Shown here piece by piece: positions 38,810 through 53,700 of a stretch of 64,000 nucleotides of DNA (positions are counted from its first letter, which is position 1; the number at the start of each line of letters is the position of its first letter). The DNA is from Epiperipatus broadwayi (taxonomy: Eukaryota; Animalia; Onychophora): contig JAQFVV010000004.1 of assembly GCA_028023455.1 (NCBI GenBank), forward strand, positions 18,972,001 to 19,036,000, read 5' to 3'. The notes below the pieces were generated by a model, which saw only the letters and a program-made list of their open reading frames with translations, searched no databases and was not told the origin of the DNA. Position numbers and translations under genes: made by a program.

Positions 38810-41800
38810 ATATTTTTGAACATACATAAAGTCATAAATAATTAATATTTATCACAAGCAGGGTAGAGATGTAGTTATATGTGGAGAGAGGCTGATCAAT
38901 GGGTGTAATTTCTATTATTATGTGTATTTCTGAAAAACATCTAAATATGGCTGTAAGCAGGTTTACTGTTTTTTGGGTGTGAAACACGGATATTGCAAGA
39001 CCATTGCAATTTGTAGATCAGTTTAGTTGTTTTATTGAGATGGCTACTAATTTTCTTTTCCATAATAGCTTGTTGTATAGTGAGTTAATTGCTGTGATAA
39101 ATGATTTTGTGAAATTTATTATTGGCAGATAGTAGGTGATTTTTGTCATAATAAGTTGATTGCATAATGATACTTTTTAGTAGATTGAGAGATAGGGTTT
39201 GGAGAGTGATTCAATGATTTTTTTCTACTTCTGTTTTAAGTTTGTTTTGTATTTTCTTTCTCATTTGATTCATGTCCAAGTGGAAAGGGAAACCTATATA
39301 TAATAGGTTTTCCTCGATACATCTGTGTTTAATTTACCTGTGAATATTGCCCATGGAGCTGATTTATTGTTTGATTTTCTTCTTTGATTGCAGAAATACT
39401 TATGACATCATCCATGTAAGCTATACATGGTATATATGTGTTGGTGTGTTGAATTGGAATTCCTTGGATTTTTTTTTTGAAATTTGCTCTAGTAAGGGGT
39501 TTAAATATAATGTAAATAAAAGTGTACTGGGTGGAGATCCTTGTGGGATTGATTGATTGGGGTAGAAAGATGATCTCCCATTGAGTCTGATGAAAATTTC
39601 CTTGTTTAGTAATAGATTGGCGATTGTATATAAGATTGTGTGAGATATTTCTGTTTTTTTTTAAGTTGAATTAACAGTGTTTTGATTGGCACTCAATAAA
39701 ATGTACTTTCAAAATCTAATTGCACAGCCATTGGAAACTTTTCTGTTAATTACTGAGTTAATGATTGTTTTGTATATTAGTGCTGCTTGACCTGATGATG
39801 AACCCTTTCTTGCATAGTGATGTTGCAACAATAGTGGTATTATATATAATTCAATTTTTTCTTTTTAAAACTTTCCAGAATTTTTATTTCCAATGGCTCC
39901 ATTGAGATTGGCCACAGATTGGAAACTGTGGCAATTGGTGCTTGTTTTTTAATGAAGAGGACCATTGAAACTGGATATAACCCTTGTATATTGTATAGCT
40001 TTTATGACAGTTGATTTGCAAGCTGGGATAAGTATGTGTTTGTAAAATTGGCTGAGATGTGACAATACAAATTTTGGGATTTTTGATGGTTCAGGGTGGC
40101 ATGTACTTGGGATTGATGTTGGTATAAATGCAAAATCTGAGATTTCAAAAGGCGTCTCTGTTTCTGGTTTTCCAAAAAAAAAATTACAGGGGTTTAAATT
40201 GTTTATGCTTTGTTAATTTTTCTTTGAAATGTTGATATATAGGTTGTATCATATTGTGTTCAGCTATGATTTTACAATCCCATTCTAGGACTGTGTGGTC
40301 TCTTTGTGGATGGATTGCCTAATGCCCATTGAATATATCCACTGATCCATACGTGTCGATGTGTTAGACAAGTTTTTTTTTAGTTGCTAGACATTACTTT
40401 AGTTTATTGCATGTTTGATCATATAGCTGTGTCAGTTTTATTATATTTGCTTGATTGTGAGTGACTGGTTTTGATATGACAATTCTTTTGTGTAGTTCAT
40501 CTGCTAATGTAATTAGTTTAGAGGGGGGGTTGATTTTTTGAGCAATATGATTGATATTAAATGAGAATGTGTGTATATGCTATGTATGTGGAAATTGGGT
40601 CAAACTGCATCTGACTAAACTCATTTATCATGATTATATTTCTGAGTAGAGGAACTCTGGAATGTTGTCTGGTAGGAGTATCCACAGTGTCTTTTGTATG
40701 TTAGTGTGCTAAGTGATTAGAAAATGGGGAGGAGGAGAGACTTATTTTGATTGAATGATGTAACATTGGGAAATAGAACATTAGATCTATGAGCGTCCTG
40801 TGGTGGTTATAAAAATATGCTGAATTCATTGGGAGAAAACCCTCAATGCTTATAAGTGGTATTGTAAGTTGATTTATCAGGTATTGCAAGTTGATTTATC
40901 CATTTTGCAACAAAGTTTTGATAGCTATATTAAAATCCCCAGCAAGTATAGTAGGGAAGGGATTGGACACTAAAAGGGAGTTAATGGTTAAAATTATTGT
41001 TAATTACAATAGAACTGGGGGAAATATATACAAATATAATGTTAATTGAAAAATTTCTGTGATTAAAAGTAGTTACCAGGAGATTGGAGTCTATGAAAAT
41101 TATTTTAAATAATGAGAATGGACATTCTTGGCTGATAAATATACCTATCCCACTTGATAGTGCTGATGTATCCCCCGAGTGTGTGCAAAAACCAAGTTTA
41201 CTCATATATGTAGTTGGGTTGATTTGGGATCTGTTATATATTTTTGTTTCTAGTGGAACCAATATTCTGGGTTACATTGTCTGTGTCCATTTATTGTAAT
41301 TTTTTGTGGAGTTCAAGCCTCGGACATTAAATGACACTATTTTATTTTCATGTTAGTTAATGTCATGGAGGGGAGGGCACAATTTTACTGAAGTGTGTCT
41401 TTCATTTTCTTTGTTTTGTAAGTTTATCTTGTTTGAAGGGGCAGTTAATGTTGTTTGTTGGTTCTGTATATATTAGTTTTATCAAATTACTATCACTGAC
41501 ATTTTCAAAATTTTTTGAATATTGAGAGGTTAAATCCATTTCCATATTTTTATCAATTAGTTGTATTATCATATTTAATTGGCTAAATTTCAGTTATCAT
41601 ATTTAATTGGCTAAATTTCAGATCATTTGTTTTTATATTTTTATTTCTCTTTTTTTTTCCTTGTTTTCTTTTGCTCTCCAAAGATGTGTTTTCAATTACT
41701 GGAAAATTCTATGTGATGGTTATCCATTATTTCTGTTAACATTTTATTTATAATTGTGGTCTCCATTTGTTTGTTATCTCCATTTGACAGTGCTTTTGCT

Positions 41801-43300
41801 TCTTTTTGTAAGTAAACAGTTTCATTTTCCATTGAAAAATCACTAAGTGTTTTTGCCTGTAGGTCAAGATTTTTAGATTTATCACTAAAGTGAGCCATCT
41901 AAATTCTTGTGTTTTTTATATTGGTGACTCATTCATGTGTGTGAAATGACTACTGGTTTTTGTTGTTTTTTAAATTTTATTTTCATCTTCCTCATTTGTG
42001 TTTGTTTTGATTGTCAATTCCATTGACACAAGTGGGGGATGGTGCATAGTTCCATTTTTATGATAATTGTCAATTTTATTACTCTGAATGGGAGGAAATC
42101 TATATTTCCAGCTGCCTGGGTTTGTATGTGCTATCTGAATTCCCTTCTAATCTTTGTGAGGGGTGGTTATTCTTTTCAGCTAGATTTTCTTTATTGCATT
42201 ATGTTGCTATGTGGCCTCTTTTACCATGGCAAAACAACATGGCTTCAGCCCTCAGATATGTAAGCATAATGTGGTTTCTTGGTCTGTTATGTTTGTTGGA
42301 ATATTGTCTGGGTCTTTTTTTTTTTATGCAACTTGACTTTATATTTGAAACCATTTGTAAATATCGGGTTCTGATGTTTCTTTTAAATATATTTGCTATA
42401 AAAAATAACCTTTCTGAAGGAGTTCATCATTCTTTGGAAATCATCAAGGTTATATCTGAAGTAGGCATTTTTAACACTCTGATATTTGCTTTTGCCAACT
42501 AGTACTATGGCAAAATTTCCTAGTTTTAATTTTATTTTTAAATTGTTCTCTTTGTGAAGCTTCATAAAACCCAACTGCCAGATATTTGCTATTAGAATGG
42601 TCACCTATGCATTGTACTATCTCCAGTAAATTATTTTTATTTAGTGCTTCAATTAGGAGTGCCTTGGCAAAATAGTAGAGAGTGCAGTGATTGTCTGTTA
42701 CTGTCAACACTATTGATTTCTTTTAAATGTTGTAAAGAATATTCTTGGTATTGTGTTATTAACTCTTCCCAATCTATTCAAGCATTTCATCTGTCCATTG
42801 TGCGTGTGTGTGGGGGGGGTCAATTTCATCCTGATTTGCTAAGCTAAATCTCTAAGATCACCTGATGTAGTTTTTCTAAATCTAGAATTTTTTCCTAGAT
42901 TAATGTTATTTTGGTTAGTTTTGGATATTGTGGCATACATCTTTCTTGTTTTTCAAGAAGGCCCAGTTTTTTGATCAAGTGACTGAGCAGTCACAATGTT
43001 TTAGTATAGCAGATAATTTTTCAACAAGGTGTTTTTTTAACTACGTTTTTCTTCACTCTTTTTTTTCAGACTTTTACTATCTTTTCCACTATTTCCTTTT
43101 TTCCTACTTGCCTCTAAATAATGTTATCAATTATATTTGTTTGAAGTGTTGGCTATCCATCATGAGAACAGAAAAATTAGACATGATAAAAAATGGTTTA
43201 ATTCTACCATATGTATGTAATGGATATTGGAAATAAGGGATTTATTATAATTTATGTAGCTTTTGCTGATTTTTTTCCTTTGTTCTCTAACTTTTTAGAA
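38810..43300 (-). mobile_element. Decayed near-full-length LINE of the I/Jockey group (gag-like ORF1, APE, RT)
   Basis: Minus strand: CCHC knuckle remnant FCHGKRGHIAT*C near 42200-42240, APE motifs GIGIFI / IIFVYISP / PFPTILAGDFN (40930-41160), DFAF near 40130, and AALIYKTIINSVI near 39750-39800. Confidence 0.65.
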
Positions 43301-46300
43301 AACTCATAGAAGACTTTTTACTTACTTACAACTGTGTGTGGCCAGGTGGTGCTTTATTATTATTATTCACTGTGATATTAATATAAAGTTGGTTCAGTGT
43401 TTAGATTTTCTCTAAAATAATTCCAAGTTATGAAATTATTTATGATGTATTATTATTTCAAATAACATATCCATGTTCATGAAATTTTTATCTATCTATT
43501 GATGCTATTTTTATAATATGATACTTATTGGATTATTGAAAGGTAGGACATTTATTATTTGTTATTTAATGGAAGTTGCTAAAATAAGTTATGTGCACAA
43601 CAAATTTATGCTACATGCTTTAAGAACTATTGCTTTGATTCTCAGTGTTATATAGATAAGTTAGATAACTCTGTTTCTAAAATATTTCACTTAAGAATAT
43701 TGAAAACAAAGAAGAGAAAATAGACTCTGTGACAGACATATCTGTTAATAATATCCATTTAAGGCAAATGTGTGGAATTTGTAAAGATCTTACTCATGAA
43801 ATCAATAATATATTGAATGTAATGGTATTTTAGGTAATAGATTTCATTTAAAATGTGTTAATTAAAAAAAAAATTGATTTGCAATTGTTGACAGGAAATG
43901 GAAAAAAAATATTATAAATGTTTAAAATGCTCTTATAGTGATTTAATAATACAGCAAAATTTTAAAATTTTATCTACTGATTCAATAAATTTTTCAACAA
44001 ATTTATCTACTGACATAGAAGCAAAGCAAATTTGATATAAGTTATTGTAATAATAAAAATGTTTTAAAGGAAATACTGTAATACTAACCAAGTTAATTGA
44101 TGTTAATAATTCTTTAATGGAAATTAAAGCTGAAAATATTTTTTTGAAATCATTTATTTTGAAGTATTTTGATAAAGTGGAATTTAAAAATAGAGTTGTC
44201 ACACTTGATAGTAATCAGGTTTCCCTGGAAATAACTGAATGTTGTTGTATCTACAGGAAATAATCATGAGGTAGTAAAAAAGGATATTACAATCAAGATA
44301 AGAAAGACAGTGATTATTCTATAATTAGGAAAGCCATTAAGGCTTTTTATAGACATTTTGATTAAAAATAAAGGAAAAGGTGTTGATAATAGAATCTACA
44401 ATAATAAAGAAGAAAATTGAATTGAATGTTACTAGTGATAATATAAATAAGGGATTAAATAATTCTGATAAGGAGAAAAGAAAAACCAGTGGTTGGTATT
44501 AAATCTGATCACATATTAAAAATACTTAAACGTAGAGTACAATTTAAAAAATATTTTCTGTCTAGATTTCCCCCAATGACTTCAGCAGAAGAAATTAAAA
44601 GTTACTTAGAAACTGCATTAATTGTTTCAGTACTATGCTTCATTTTATGTTTTTATTTCAGAATCTTATAATAGTAAAATGAATGATGGGAATTTATGGC
44701 TGGAACATGTGATTATATTGCCTTTCTTTGAGAAATTAAATAAAGATACAACTATTAATGTGAATGAGTTGAATAATAGTATTTTAAATGATAGTACATC
44801 TATAACTCAAAAATAATGAATAAAAGTAATATGTTCAATTGTTATTTTCAAAATTTGTGAGGTTTGAGAACAAAATTTCAGGAATTTTATAAAACAGTTT
44901 TATTAACAAATTATGATATAATTTTCATCACAGAAATATGGATTATTTAATATATTTTTGATTGCCAATTATTTGATTATCGATATAAAAATTTTTGGTA
45001 TGAACGAAATATGAATATGGCTAATAGAGAAGGTGATGTTCTTATTGCTGTTAAATCTGATTTTGAATGCATGGTATTAGATTTTCATACAGACGTTGAA
45101 TGCATTTGGATTTCTATTAATTTAGGATATAAAAATTTGATTGTTAGTAATGTTTATTTACAGCCAAAAATAAGTATTTTGCAGTTTAATTTTAATATGG
45201 TTGAAGAATTGCTTGTGACATTTACAGGATCAATTATGATGGTAGGTGACTTGAATGTTCTTAAGTTTATAAATAATAAACATACTCATCTTGATTCTAA
45301 GTCATTAAGGTTACTATTAATATGCTGAATCTTACACAAAGTAATAATATCTGTAATAATTATGGGATTATGCTACATTTAGTTTTTAATAATTTTCCAT
45401 CTAACTTAAAATGCACTAAGTGTAATCAGCCTCTTATTAAAGATGTTTTTCATCCATATTTAGCTGTTGATTATATATTTCAATATAGGTATGTAAAAAA
45501 CATTTATAATTTTAAAAGTTATTATTCCAAAGGTTGGGTTTGTACAAGACATTACAGCATGATAGTTGATATGTGTATATAATTGTAATAATGTGGCAGA
45601 TGCTGCTGTTAATTTTCAGAACAGGCTTACAGAACAAATAAATTTATACCTAGTTTGAAAGTTCATTCTAAATACCCAGTTTGATTTTCTATGGGTCTTA
45701 TTAAAGGAATTAAATGCAAACTAAAATTTTATGAAGATTTTAAAATTACTGGTTCTTTATTTGACTGGCATAATTTTAGAATATATAAGTTATTTACAAA
45801 AATTATTAAAAAGAAGGATTTTCAATATTATTTAAAGAGAATTGAAAGTAATTTGGTAAGGAATCCAAAAGATTTTTGGGAATGTATTAAATTCCAAATA
45901 CCAAAAATAAATACCTTACAAAATGAAAATATAATAGTACTGAATGTCTTTTTATTTTTATTCAATTTAAATGTGGAAGATGATATTTCTAATAATAGCA
46001 GTGATAATTTTAGTTATGAGATATTAATTAAGGTCAATAATGAAACTTTAAATTTTAATAAGATATCTATAGAAACAATTGTTTTATCAATTGCACAACT
46101 TAAAAACAAAAGAAGTGTAGGGATAGATAACATATCCTCATTTATTTACAAAGGATGTGGACAATTATTGGCTCCTGTATTGAAACATTTATTTGATTTA
46201 TCTCTGAAGTCTAATACTTATCCTTCTTTATGGAAAGAAACAAGTAGTATAAATACACAAGAAGGGATCTAAAAGGAAGATTGAGAATTATAGACCTGGA

Positions 46301-47600
46301 TCCCTTTTTTGTATTACAGCTAAAATGTTTGATAAATATCTTCTTAAGCATTTATCTAATAATCTTTTTACATGGCTTCCTAATTATCAGCATGGACTTA
46401 TACCAGGAAAGTTAATAAACACAAATTTAATTACAATAAATTATATAATAGCACAAAATTTTGATTAGCAGAAATAATTAGATGTTATGTATGTGGATTT
46501 AAGTAAAGCCTTTGATAGAGTTGATCATGGGGATTTGTTATTAAGGTTAGATGCATATTAATTATCTAAAAATTGGATTGAACTTTTTAAATTTTATTTA
46601 TTGAATAGGCCTCATATTTTCTTTAATAATGAATGGTCAAATTGTATTTAGCCTACATGTGGAGTGCCACAAGGTAGTATATTAAGTCATTATTTATTTG
46701 CAATAGTTATTTCAGATTTGCATTGTTTTGTAAATAATAAGAATATTCTTTGCTATGCTAATGATATGAAAATATTTAAAACAATCTATAGTTCATCAGA
46801 TCATTTAGATTTGCAAGATATGTTAGAATGTCTACATAGATGGTGTATTAAAAATGGTATGATTATAAATGCTAGCAAGTGTAAAACTGTAACATTTACT
46901 GGGAAATCTGGTAAAAATTATATAAATATTCATTAAATAATAAGCAGATTCCCCAAGATATTAGTCATAAGGATTTGGGAATAATTTTCTCTGCTAATGG
47001 ATCATTTACAGAGTATGTTTCATATAGTGTGACAAAAGTGCATAAAGTATTATTAGGTCATATTTTGAGGATAAATAATAATTTTGATTTAAATACTATA
47101 TTGATGTTATTTACAATGTTAGTGATTCCAGCACTTCATTATGGATCTATTATATGGAATGCAGATATAATTTTGCATAAAGTGTTCAACATAAATTTCA
47201 AAAATTGATAATGCTTAATTAGAAACCAGGTTGTTTAAGTAATAAGTTGTTTAATCATAGACTTATTAGTGACATGTTAATATTCAAAAGATAGTGAAAG
47301 GGGAATAGATATTTCTGAGTTGGAGATGAAGATACAATACAGAATCCCCTAATTGAAAGGTAAAAATACGAAAGTATTTTATATATCTTATTTTTATTAT
47401 GAGTGATTGAAAATATCTACATTGGTTAGATTGTCAGATTTTTATAATAAATATTACAAGACCATTGATATTTTTCATTTGTCAAATAATACCTTTAAAC
47501 AAGTAATTCAACAATTATTGAGCTGTCATATCAATCAAATGTAAACTTTTTTTGGTCTTTGTTATACTGTGTGTTTACATGTTAATAAACATTGAATTGA
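43300..47600 (+). mobile_element. Decayed near-full-length CR1-clade LINE (ORF1 plus APE-RT ORF2)
   Basis: FLSRFPPMTSAEEIKSYL (ORF1). GLRTK..YDIIFITEIW, GDVLIAVK, MVGDLN (APE). KRSVGIDNISSFIYKGC, NYRP, VDLSKAFDRVDH, GVPQGSILS, YANDMKIF, KDLGIIFS (RT). aataaa plus short (ttgaa) repeats near 47585-47605. The 5' boundary is approximate. Confidence 0.85.
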
Positions 47601-50089
47601 ATTATTATTGTTCTTCTTATTGTTGTTGTTGTCATTGTTGTTATTATTGCTGTTATTATTATACAAAATCTATAATTGGTAAAGATTAGCTTAGAACTAT
47701 AGACTTGTAAAACTGTATTTGAGATGACAATAAATTTCATGCAAACATAATGAATGAAATTATGAATTGTTTGTTTTTTTATTTGCTACAAAAAACTCAA
47801 TATATATATATATAGTTTTAGACAGCAATTATTATAAAGGGCTCTAAAATTCCCTAGTGACTTTATTGAATCATTCTGTTATTTCTTATATGCATACATT
47901 AGACAATCATTAATTATTTGATCTAGATTTTATCACAACAATCTAAATCAGAGACTGTTATTTTATTTTTCTGAATATACACAGTTACCATACGTGATTT
48001 TGAATCTATTAATGAGATAGCAGGAATACATAATAAGTCCATTTGGTTTAAATGATGGATTGAAAAAAGATCAATTCTAACACTATAACTTTTTCATCTT
48101 TAAGAGTTTATTGGTTAAACACCCAAAAACATCCTAGTTAATGATGAATTTAATAAATTTGATAGCTTTTATATATTTTTCAGTCTCTTGATATCTAGAG
48201 GAAAAATATGTGAAAGCACAAAAACCATGGAAATTAAATGTTTTGAATATACCAGTTGTTCCTATTTATTAGACTGAAATCAAAACAATAGATATTAAAA
48301 ACTATGACCATATTACTCATATATCCCTATATTATTCTACAGACTATGATGCATTCTGATGATTGTAGTAATAAATAAGATAATAAATGTACAAATAGAT
48401 AGATATTTGTGCATTCTGAATTTTATTTTCCATTGTTTATTTTAAAAAACTGGCAAACAGATCTATAATTTTTGGCATATTTTAACTAATTCAAGTGAAA
48501 TGAATTCAGACTTATACTTTTTATCATTTTAACTAACTCAAGTAAAATGGAATACTTAAGCAAAATGGTGAATGAAATGCCCAAGTTGTAGTCTGGATTA
48601 ATAAATATGTAAACTGACATGACTAATCTGATAAAGAAAATTTGAATGAAATTAACAAAAATAAATAAATTATCATTAAACTAATCAATAATTTTTTGAA
48701 AATATTAACTTTTAATTAAAATCTAAAATTAAGAAAAATATATGTTATGATTTTTTTTTCAATTATTTCTTAGTATTGAAATACAGATATGTATTTTAAC
48801 GTTATATTGAAAATTCAAATGGAATTGGATTTATTGTAAATAAAAAATAGAAAAATACTATTTGTGGTCCAAGTGAAGTAGAAGATTTTATATAGATATA
48901 AATACTGAGCATAAAATTTTGATGAGGAATTTAATTGAAAAATGAAAATGCAGAAGGTAAATTTGAATATGAAAAAAAACTAAATGGAATTGTGGGATTT
49001 AATATTAAACCACATATATAAGAAAGATAAAGTTATAATTGTGGGATTCGTAGGCTTTAAATAAATTTTCAAAGAAATAGGTGTGATAGCAGAGTTGATT
49101 ACAAAATATGTAATTTAAGACAATAATGTTTGTAACAGATGCAACACGAAAAGTAATTATGATTAATGAGATGTAACATATATGTTTTTGTGAAACTATT
49201 GAGTAATCAAAATGTACTAAATTGTAGTACTCATTAATTCTAAGGTGTATCTATATCATCAGACAACCTCTGCCTTTCAGTGAAAAGCTTGTACCTAGAT
49301 CTATCACACTTCACTGACAAATTCCATAAGTCAGAAATTAATATGGGAATAAGAATAGAATAACATTGGATATGGAGTTAATCAGCATCACCTTACAATA
49401 TATGATAGCATGGGAGTTGTTTAACATAATTTGCTTCTGTAAAGCATTATGTAAACTAAGTCATGTGTGGATGTTTTTGTTTGTTTAATTATAGTTATTA
49501 TTCCTAACCTTCCAGAAATTCAGCAGTAAATTTTCTAGAGATAAAGAAGTAGATACCGGGAAATGAAAAATACGAAAATAATTTTAAATGACATATGTAG
49601 AAGAAATGAATCTGTAAAATAGTATAAAAAATTGTGAGAAAAAAAAAAAACAATTAAATTGGAAAGAAATGCTATAGTAAAAAATAAAAATCTGAAAAAT
49701 ATAAAATATCTTCTTCATATTGTAAAGGATGAAGATTATTTCTGCAATAAAAATTCTATAAAAAATAAAGTATTCCATACAATAATGACTCGAATTGAAA
49801 TCCACATATTGTAGATGAAAGAATTGAGACAAATAATAAAAACTTTGAAGAAACATTCCAGACTAATGATAAAATTATTATAGATATTCAAAAACTATCT
49901 TTATAGCAATTGTTGAGTAGATGTATATTTTAATGAAAAGAAAATCTAAAAAAATAATTCTAGTACATTTTGAAATTTTATACAAAACCATCAAAAATTA
50001 TTTCATTTTACCAATATTTTTAAAATAAAAGATATATAAATACAAAAAATTACTGTATTCAACTAATTAAATATATATTTTTTTAAATT

Positions 50090-50660
50090 TAATATTTTTA
50101 GCAGTTAATATAGATTTAAATTACTTAGTAAATGGGATCACCATTATATATATATATATGAAGTTAAATCCACAATTGCACTGATGTGCAGCAACCAATC
50201 ATAACCGGTTCTGCAGGTTGAATGAAAACAATACCAAGCCTATCCAAGCTACCACTAATCAAAAGAAGGCTCCTCTTTTGATCAGTCACTTATGTATAAA
50301 CTAATAACTGGTCAATATAGCTATAAGAGTTGAGATACAATATATAGCAACATTTCTTACATCTCAAATGAAATTAAAATTATCCCATCACCAAATCATG
50401 TATTTACAATTAATATTTTTAATGGTTAATATAGATGGAAATTCATTAGTAAATGAGATCACTAGTATATATAAGAAGTTAAATCCCCAGCCAAAAGAGG
50501 AACCTCTTTTTGATTAATAGTAACTCGGATAGGTTTGCTATTGTTTTCATTCAGCCTGCAGAAAAGATTATGATTGGTTGCAACACATTATTACATCTTG
50601 GTGTGGATTTAACATCATGTACACAATGATGATACCATTTATTAATTAATTTATATATTA
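50090..50660. repeat. Direct plus inverted mosaic of an about 200-bp repeat
   Basis: 50090-50285 (+) is repeated partially at 50410-50487 (+) and inverted at 50488-50660. Internal hairpin aaaagagg-aa-cctctttt. Confidence 0.6.
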
Positions 50661-51019
50661 ACTTACAAAACAAATATTGATAAAGTATGTGAATAATAAT
50701 AATATTCTTTTTCCATAAGTAAATTTTCAAAAAATTTAAAATTTACAAAATTTTCAAAAAAAAAAAAAAAAATTTAAAAAAAGAAAAAAATCATATTTAA
50801 CCCTTGATTTGAATGTTACTTCAGTAACCTTTGTTTTTTCTCTAATTTATTATATATTTCTTCTAAATATCATCAGAGATAAATTGCTAGCCTGTTTGTT
50901 ACTGCTGTTTTGCAGTTAAAGGCTTATTCAAAATGTCAAGCTTTTATTTGAAATGAATAGATCTGTAAAATAATTTTTCACAGTACTTATATAATTTATG
51001 TTATTTTTCACATCATTAT

Positions 51020-53700
51020 TTCTAACAATTATCATGCACTGCAGGATGACGGTCTCTTCAAATTTAATTCTGTTTCTCTGATTTCTAGCTTTTTTTAACA
51101 CATCAGCAAACTTCCTTATTTTATTCATACACTTCACATATGGTCTATCACTAGAACTTTTATAATCACTTAGGGACCCCTTTAATTGTCCATCTATTAC
51201 CATTTCTTCTAGGGATATATCCATCCCAGCTTCATTTCAGTTCTTAATCCTTTCAATAATGTCAATGATACCTATTTGTTCTCTCATTCATGCCTTTTCT
51301 TTTTAATCTCTTTTTGTTTTCCTTAATATATCTGTCCATACTTTTTTGAGTAGTAAGAAGCCTCTGTATTACTTTTTTGTTAAGTGCCCAAGTCATCAAT
51401 CATAATTAAGAAATGATAAAATACATTTATTAAAAACATTGCTTTTCAAACACGTGGCCATATTTCCTATTAAATAATTTCCATCAAAAGAACACTATCC
51501 ATGTTTAATTCTATGATTTAGTTTTATTCATTGTGTTTTCACCTTCATTAATAATTTCATCAAGTTATTTGTAATTATTATTTTTTTTAATTCATGATTA
51601 TCAATTTTTATTTTATCTGCTAAAATCTATTGAACATTATTTCTGCCTTTTTCAGCATTTATCTTTAATCCTGTTTGCTTACTTTCATCTGATAACTCTT
51701 ACATTTCCTGAATCTCTGAAGCATTATTTGTACAAAAAAAAAAAAATCCATATCATCTGCAAATGACTTAAATAATCTCCATTTACTTTTATTCTCTAGC
51801 ATCAAATTTTAATATATCAAATACTTTTTGTAAAGCTACTGTAAAAAATCTTGGAGATATGGAATTATTATAATAATTTTTATTATTCACTCATTAGACT
51901 AGAGATTATCCAATAATGAATATTTCTGTAGTGTAATTTTCATTACACCACTGTGAAAATGTTATCAAATCAAATGCATTTTTATAAAGTACAAATCCAA
52001 AGCATAATGACAGAATCACATTCATTGGTCATTTCTATTCATACTCTCAATACTTGAATGTGATGTGTTAATTAAAACCACTTTTAAGTTTATTATCATT
52101 GAAAATATTTTATACTGACTGTAATATTTAATACTTTTTTTAATTTCCTTTCTTAAATATCAATATTACTACCACATTCTTCCAATCATTTATCATTTCA
52201 ACATTTGGCTTATAACTTTGTCAACATTTTTTCTGTTTCATTATCTATTTCTTTTCAAATATCAATTATAATATCAGAATTTTCTAAAGTTTTTTTCTTC
52301 TTCATAGATTTAATTCCATGCCTCACTTCTTCATTTAAAAAACCAGGCAATTCAGAAGATGTAATAGCTATAGGATATAATTTGTTTTCTTGTTATAATT
52401 CTTTATAGAACTCATCCACATATTTCATGATATCATCTCCTTATTTAGTAATAGTTACATATTTTCTTCTTACTGCAGAAATAAATTTTCTTTCAATACC
52501 AAGATGTTGTTTTATATTTTTGAGATTTTTATTCTCTTTTATAACTTTCTTTAACAATTCACAATTATCTTTTCTTATATCATTATTAACTTTTTTTCAT
52601 ATTGTTTTACAAATCTATAGATATGCAATTCTTCTTAATGAATAATTTTTAACAAATTTTATATTCCTTCTTTTCTTCATACATTATCTTATCTCACTAA
52701 AAAATTTACTAATAAATTACTGGCTTTTTTTTATACCAGTTACATTTTTTGCATTATTTAATATTATATCAATTATTTTCTTATTGATTTCATTCAAGTC
52801 TGAAACATCTTCAAATCTGTTAATATTTTAAAATGACTTGAAAATTCTAATTTAGATTCATTTAAGTAATTCTGATGGTTAGGAATATTGATTATTAATA
52901 TTGTTTTTTGTAATTATTTTCATGCTTTTTAGGTTTTGCTTTAACATATTTTCTCTTAATCAAAATCAATTTAGTTTTGCTGTTATCTACATCTGAATGC
53001 TTCCATGTCCATTTCCATTTAGAATTTTTATCACCCCCCCCCCAAGATTTTATAATAAACAGTTTTTCTTTTTTCTGTGAACTCTATATCTTATGTCCTC
53101 TCTCATTTTTATCATCACAACCAAATTTACTCAGAGCATTTATTAATTCTACCATCAAAATCTCACATGATAATTATGTTTGGTCTGAATAAAAGTATTT
53201 CATATGCCCATATAAAAATTCTTTACTTTTTCATCACAATAAGCCTTTTTGAGGTATGTACTTGAATTTTTTATATTTGGTATCATCTATTAATTTGAAT
53301 AAATTTGTCACTCTATCTGTTATTCCAAAAACATCCACAATATTGTTTTTCCATTTCATATTTATAATAAATCCCATTCCACTTATTTTTCCAATATTTG
53401 TCCTTTTGTATTAAAGTATATGTTCACTTTTTAAAACAATTGTTCCTTCACCTTTTCTTCTAACTTCATAAAATTCAATAGTGTTCCATTTAATATTAAA
53501 CAATTCTTCTAATTCACACAATCTTACTTCATTTGAAAGTGATCTATAGTTCTAAGAATCTAAATAAAGGATTATCATTGAATGGCATCCTGGGTAGCAA
53601 TCAGGGGATTCTTAGCATCCTCCACCTTCAGTTATCAATTGTCTTGTCTGGTGGTTGTACAGCCTCTAGAAATAAGAGTCACAATTTACTTTTGTCTGTT
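51020..53700 (-). mobile_element. Decayed near-full-length RTE LINE
   Basis: Minus strand: ggaggatgctaagaatcccc leader, EVRLCELEELFNIKWDT..EVRRKGEG (APE start), ELPGFLNEEV (about 52350), DFIKAFD, SFADDM (51750-51770), and a 3' end EETVILQ matching the other RTE termini. Confidence 0.8.

Noticed and set aside
38810-39500. Penelope GIY-YIG ORF belonging to the adjacent HHR hairpin
   Set aside because: An LIYKLQWSC stretch is suggestive, but the region is contiguous with APE/RT motifs of an I/Jockey-type LINE, and the HHR element is separately bounded by its own 14-bp TSD.
41084-43236. Cluster of plus-strand ORFs rich in F/L/I/C
   Set aside because: These are antisense shadows of the decayed minus-strand LINE.
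38810-47600. Head-to-head LINE pair as a composite element with a shared promoter
   Set aside because: The two belong to different clades and are heavily decayed, with no shared TSD or terminal structure. Chance adjacency is sufficient.
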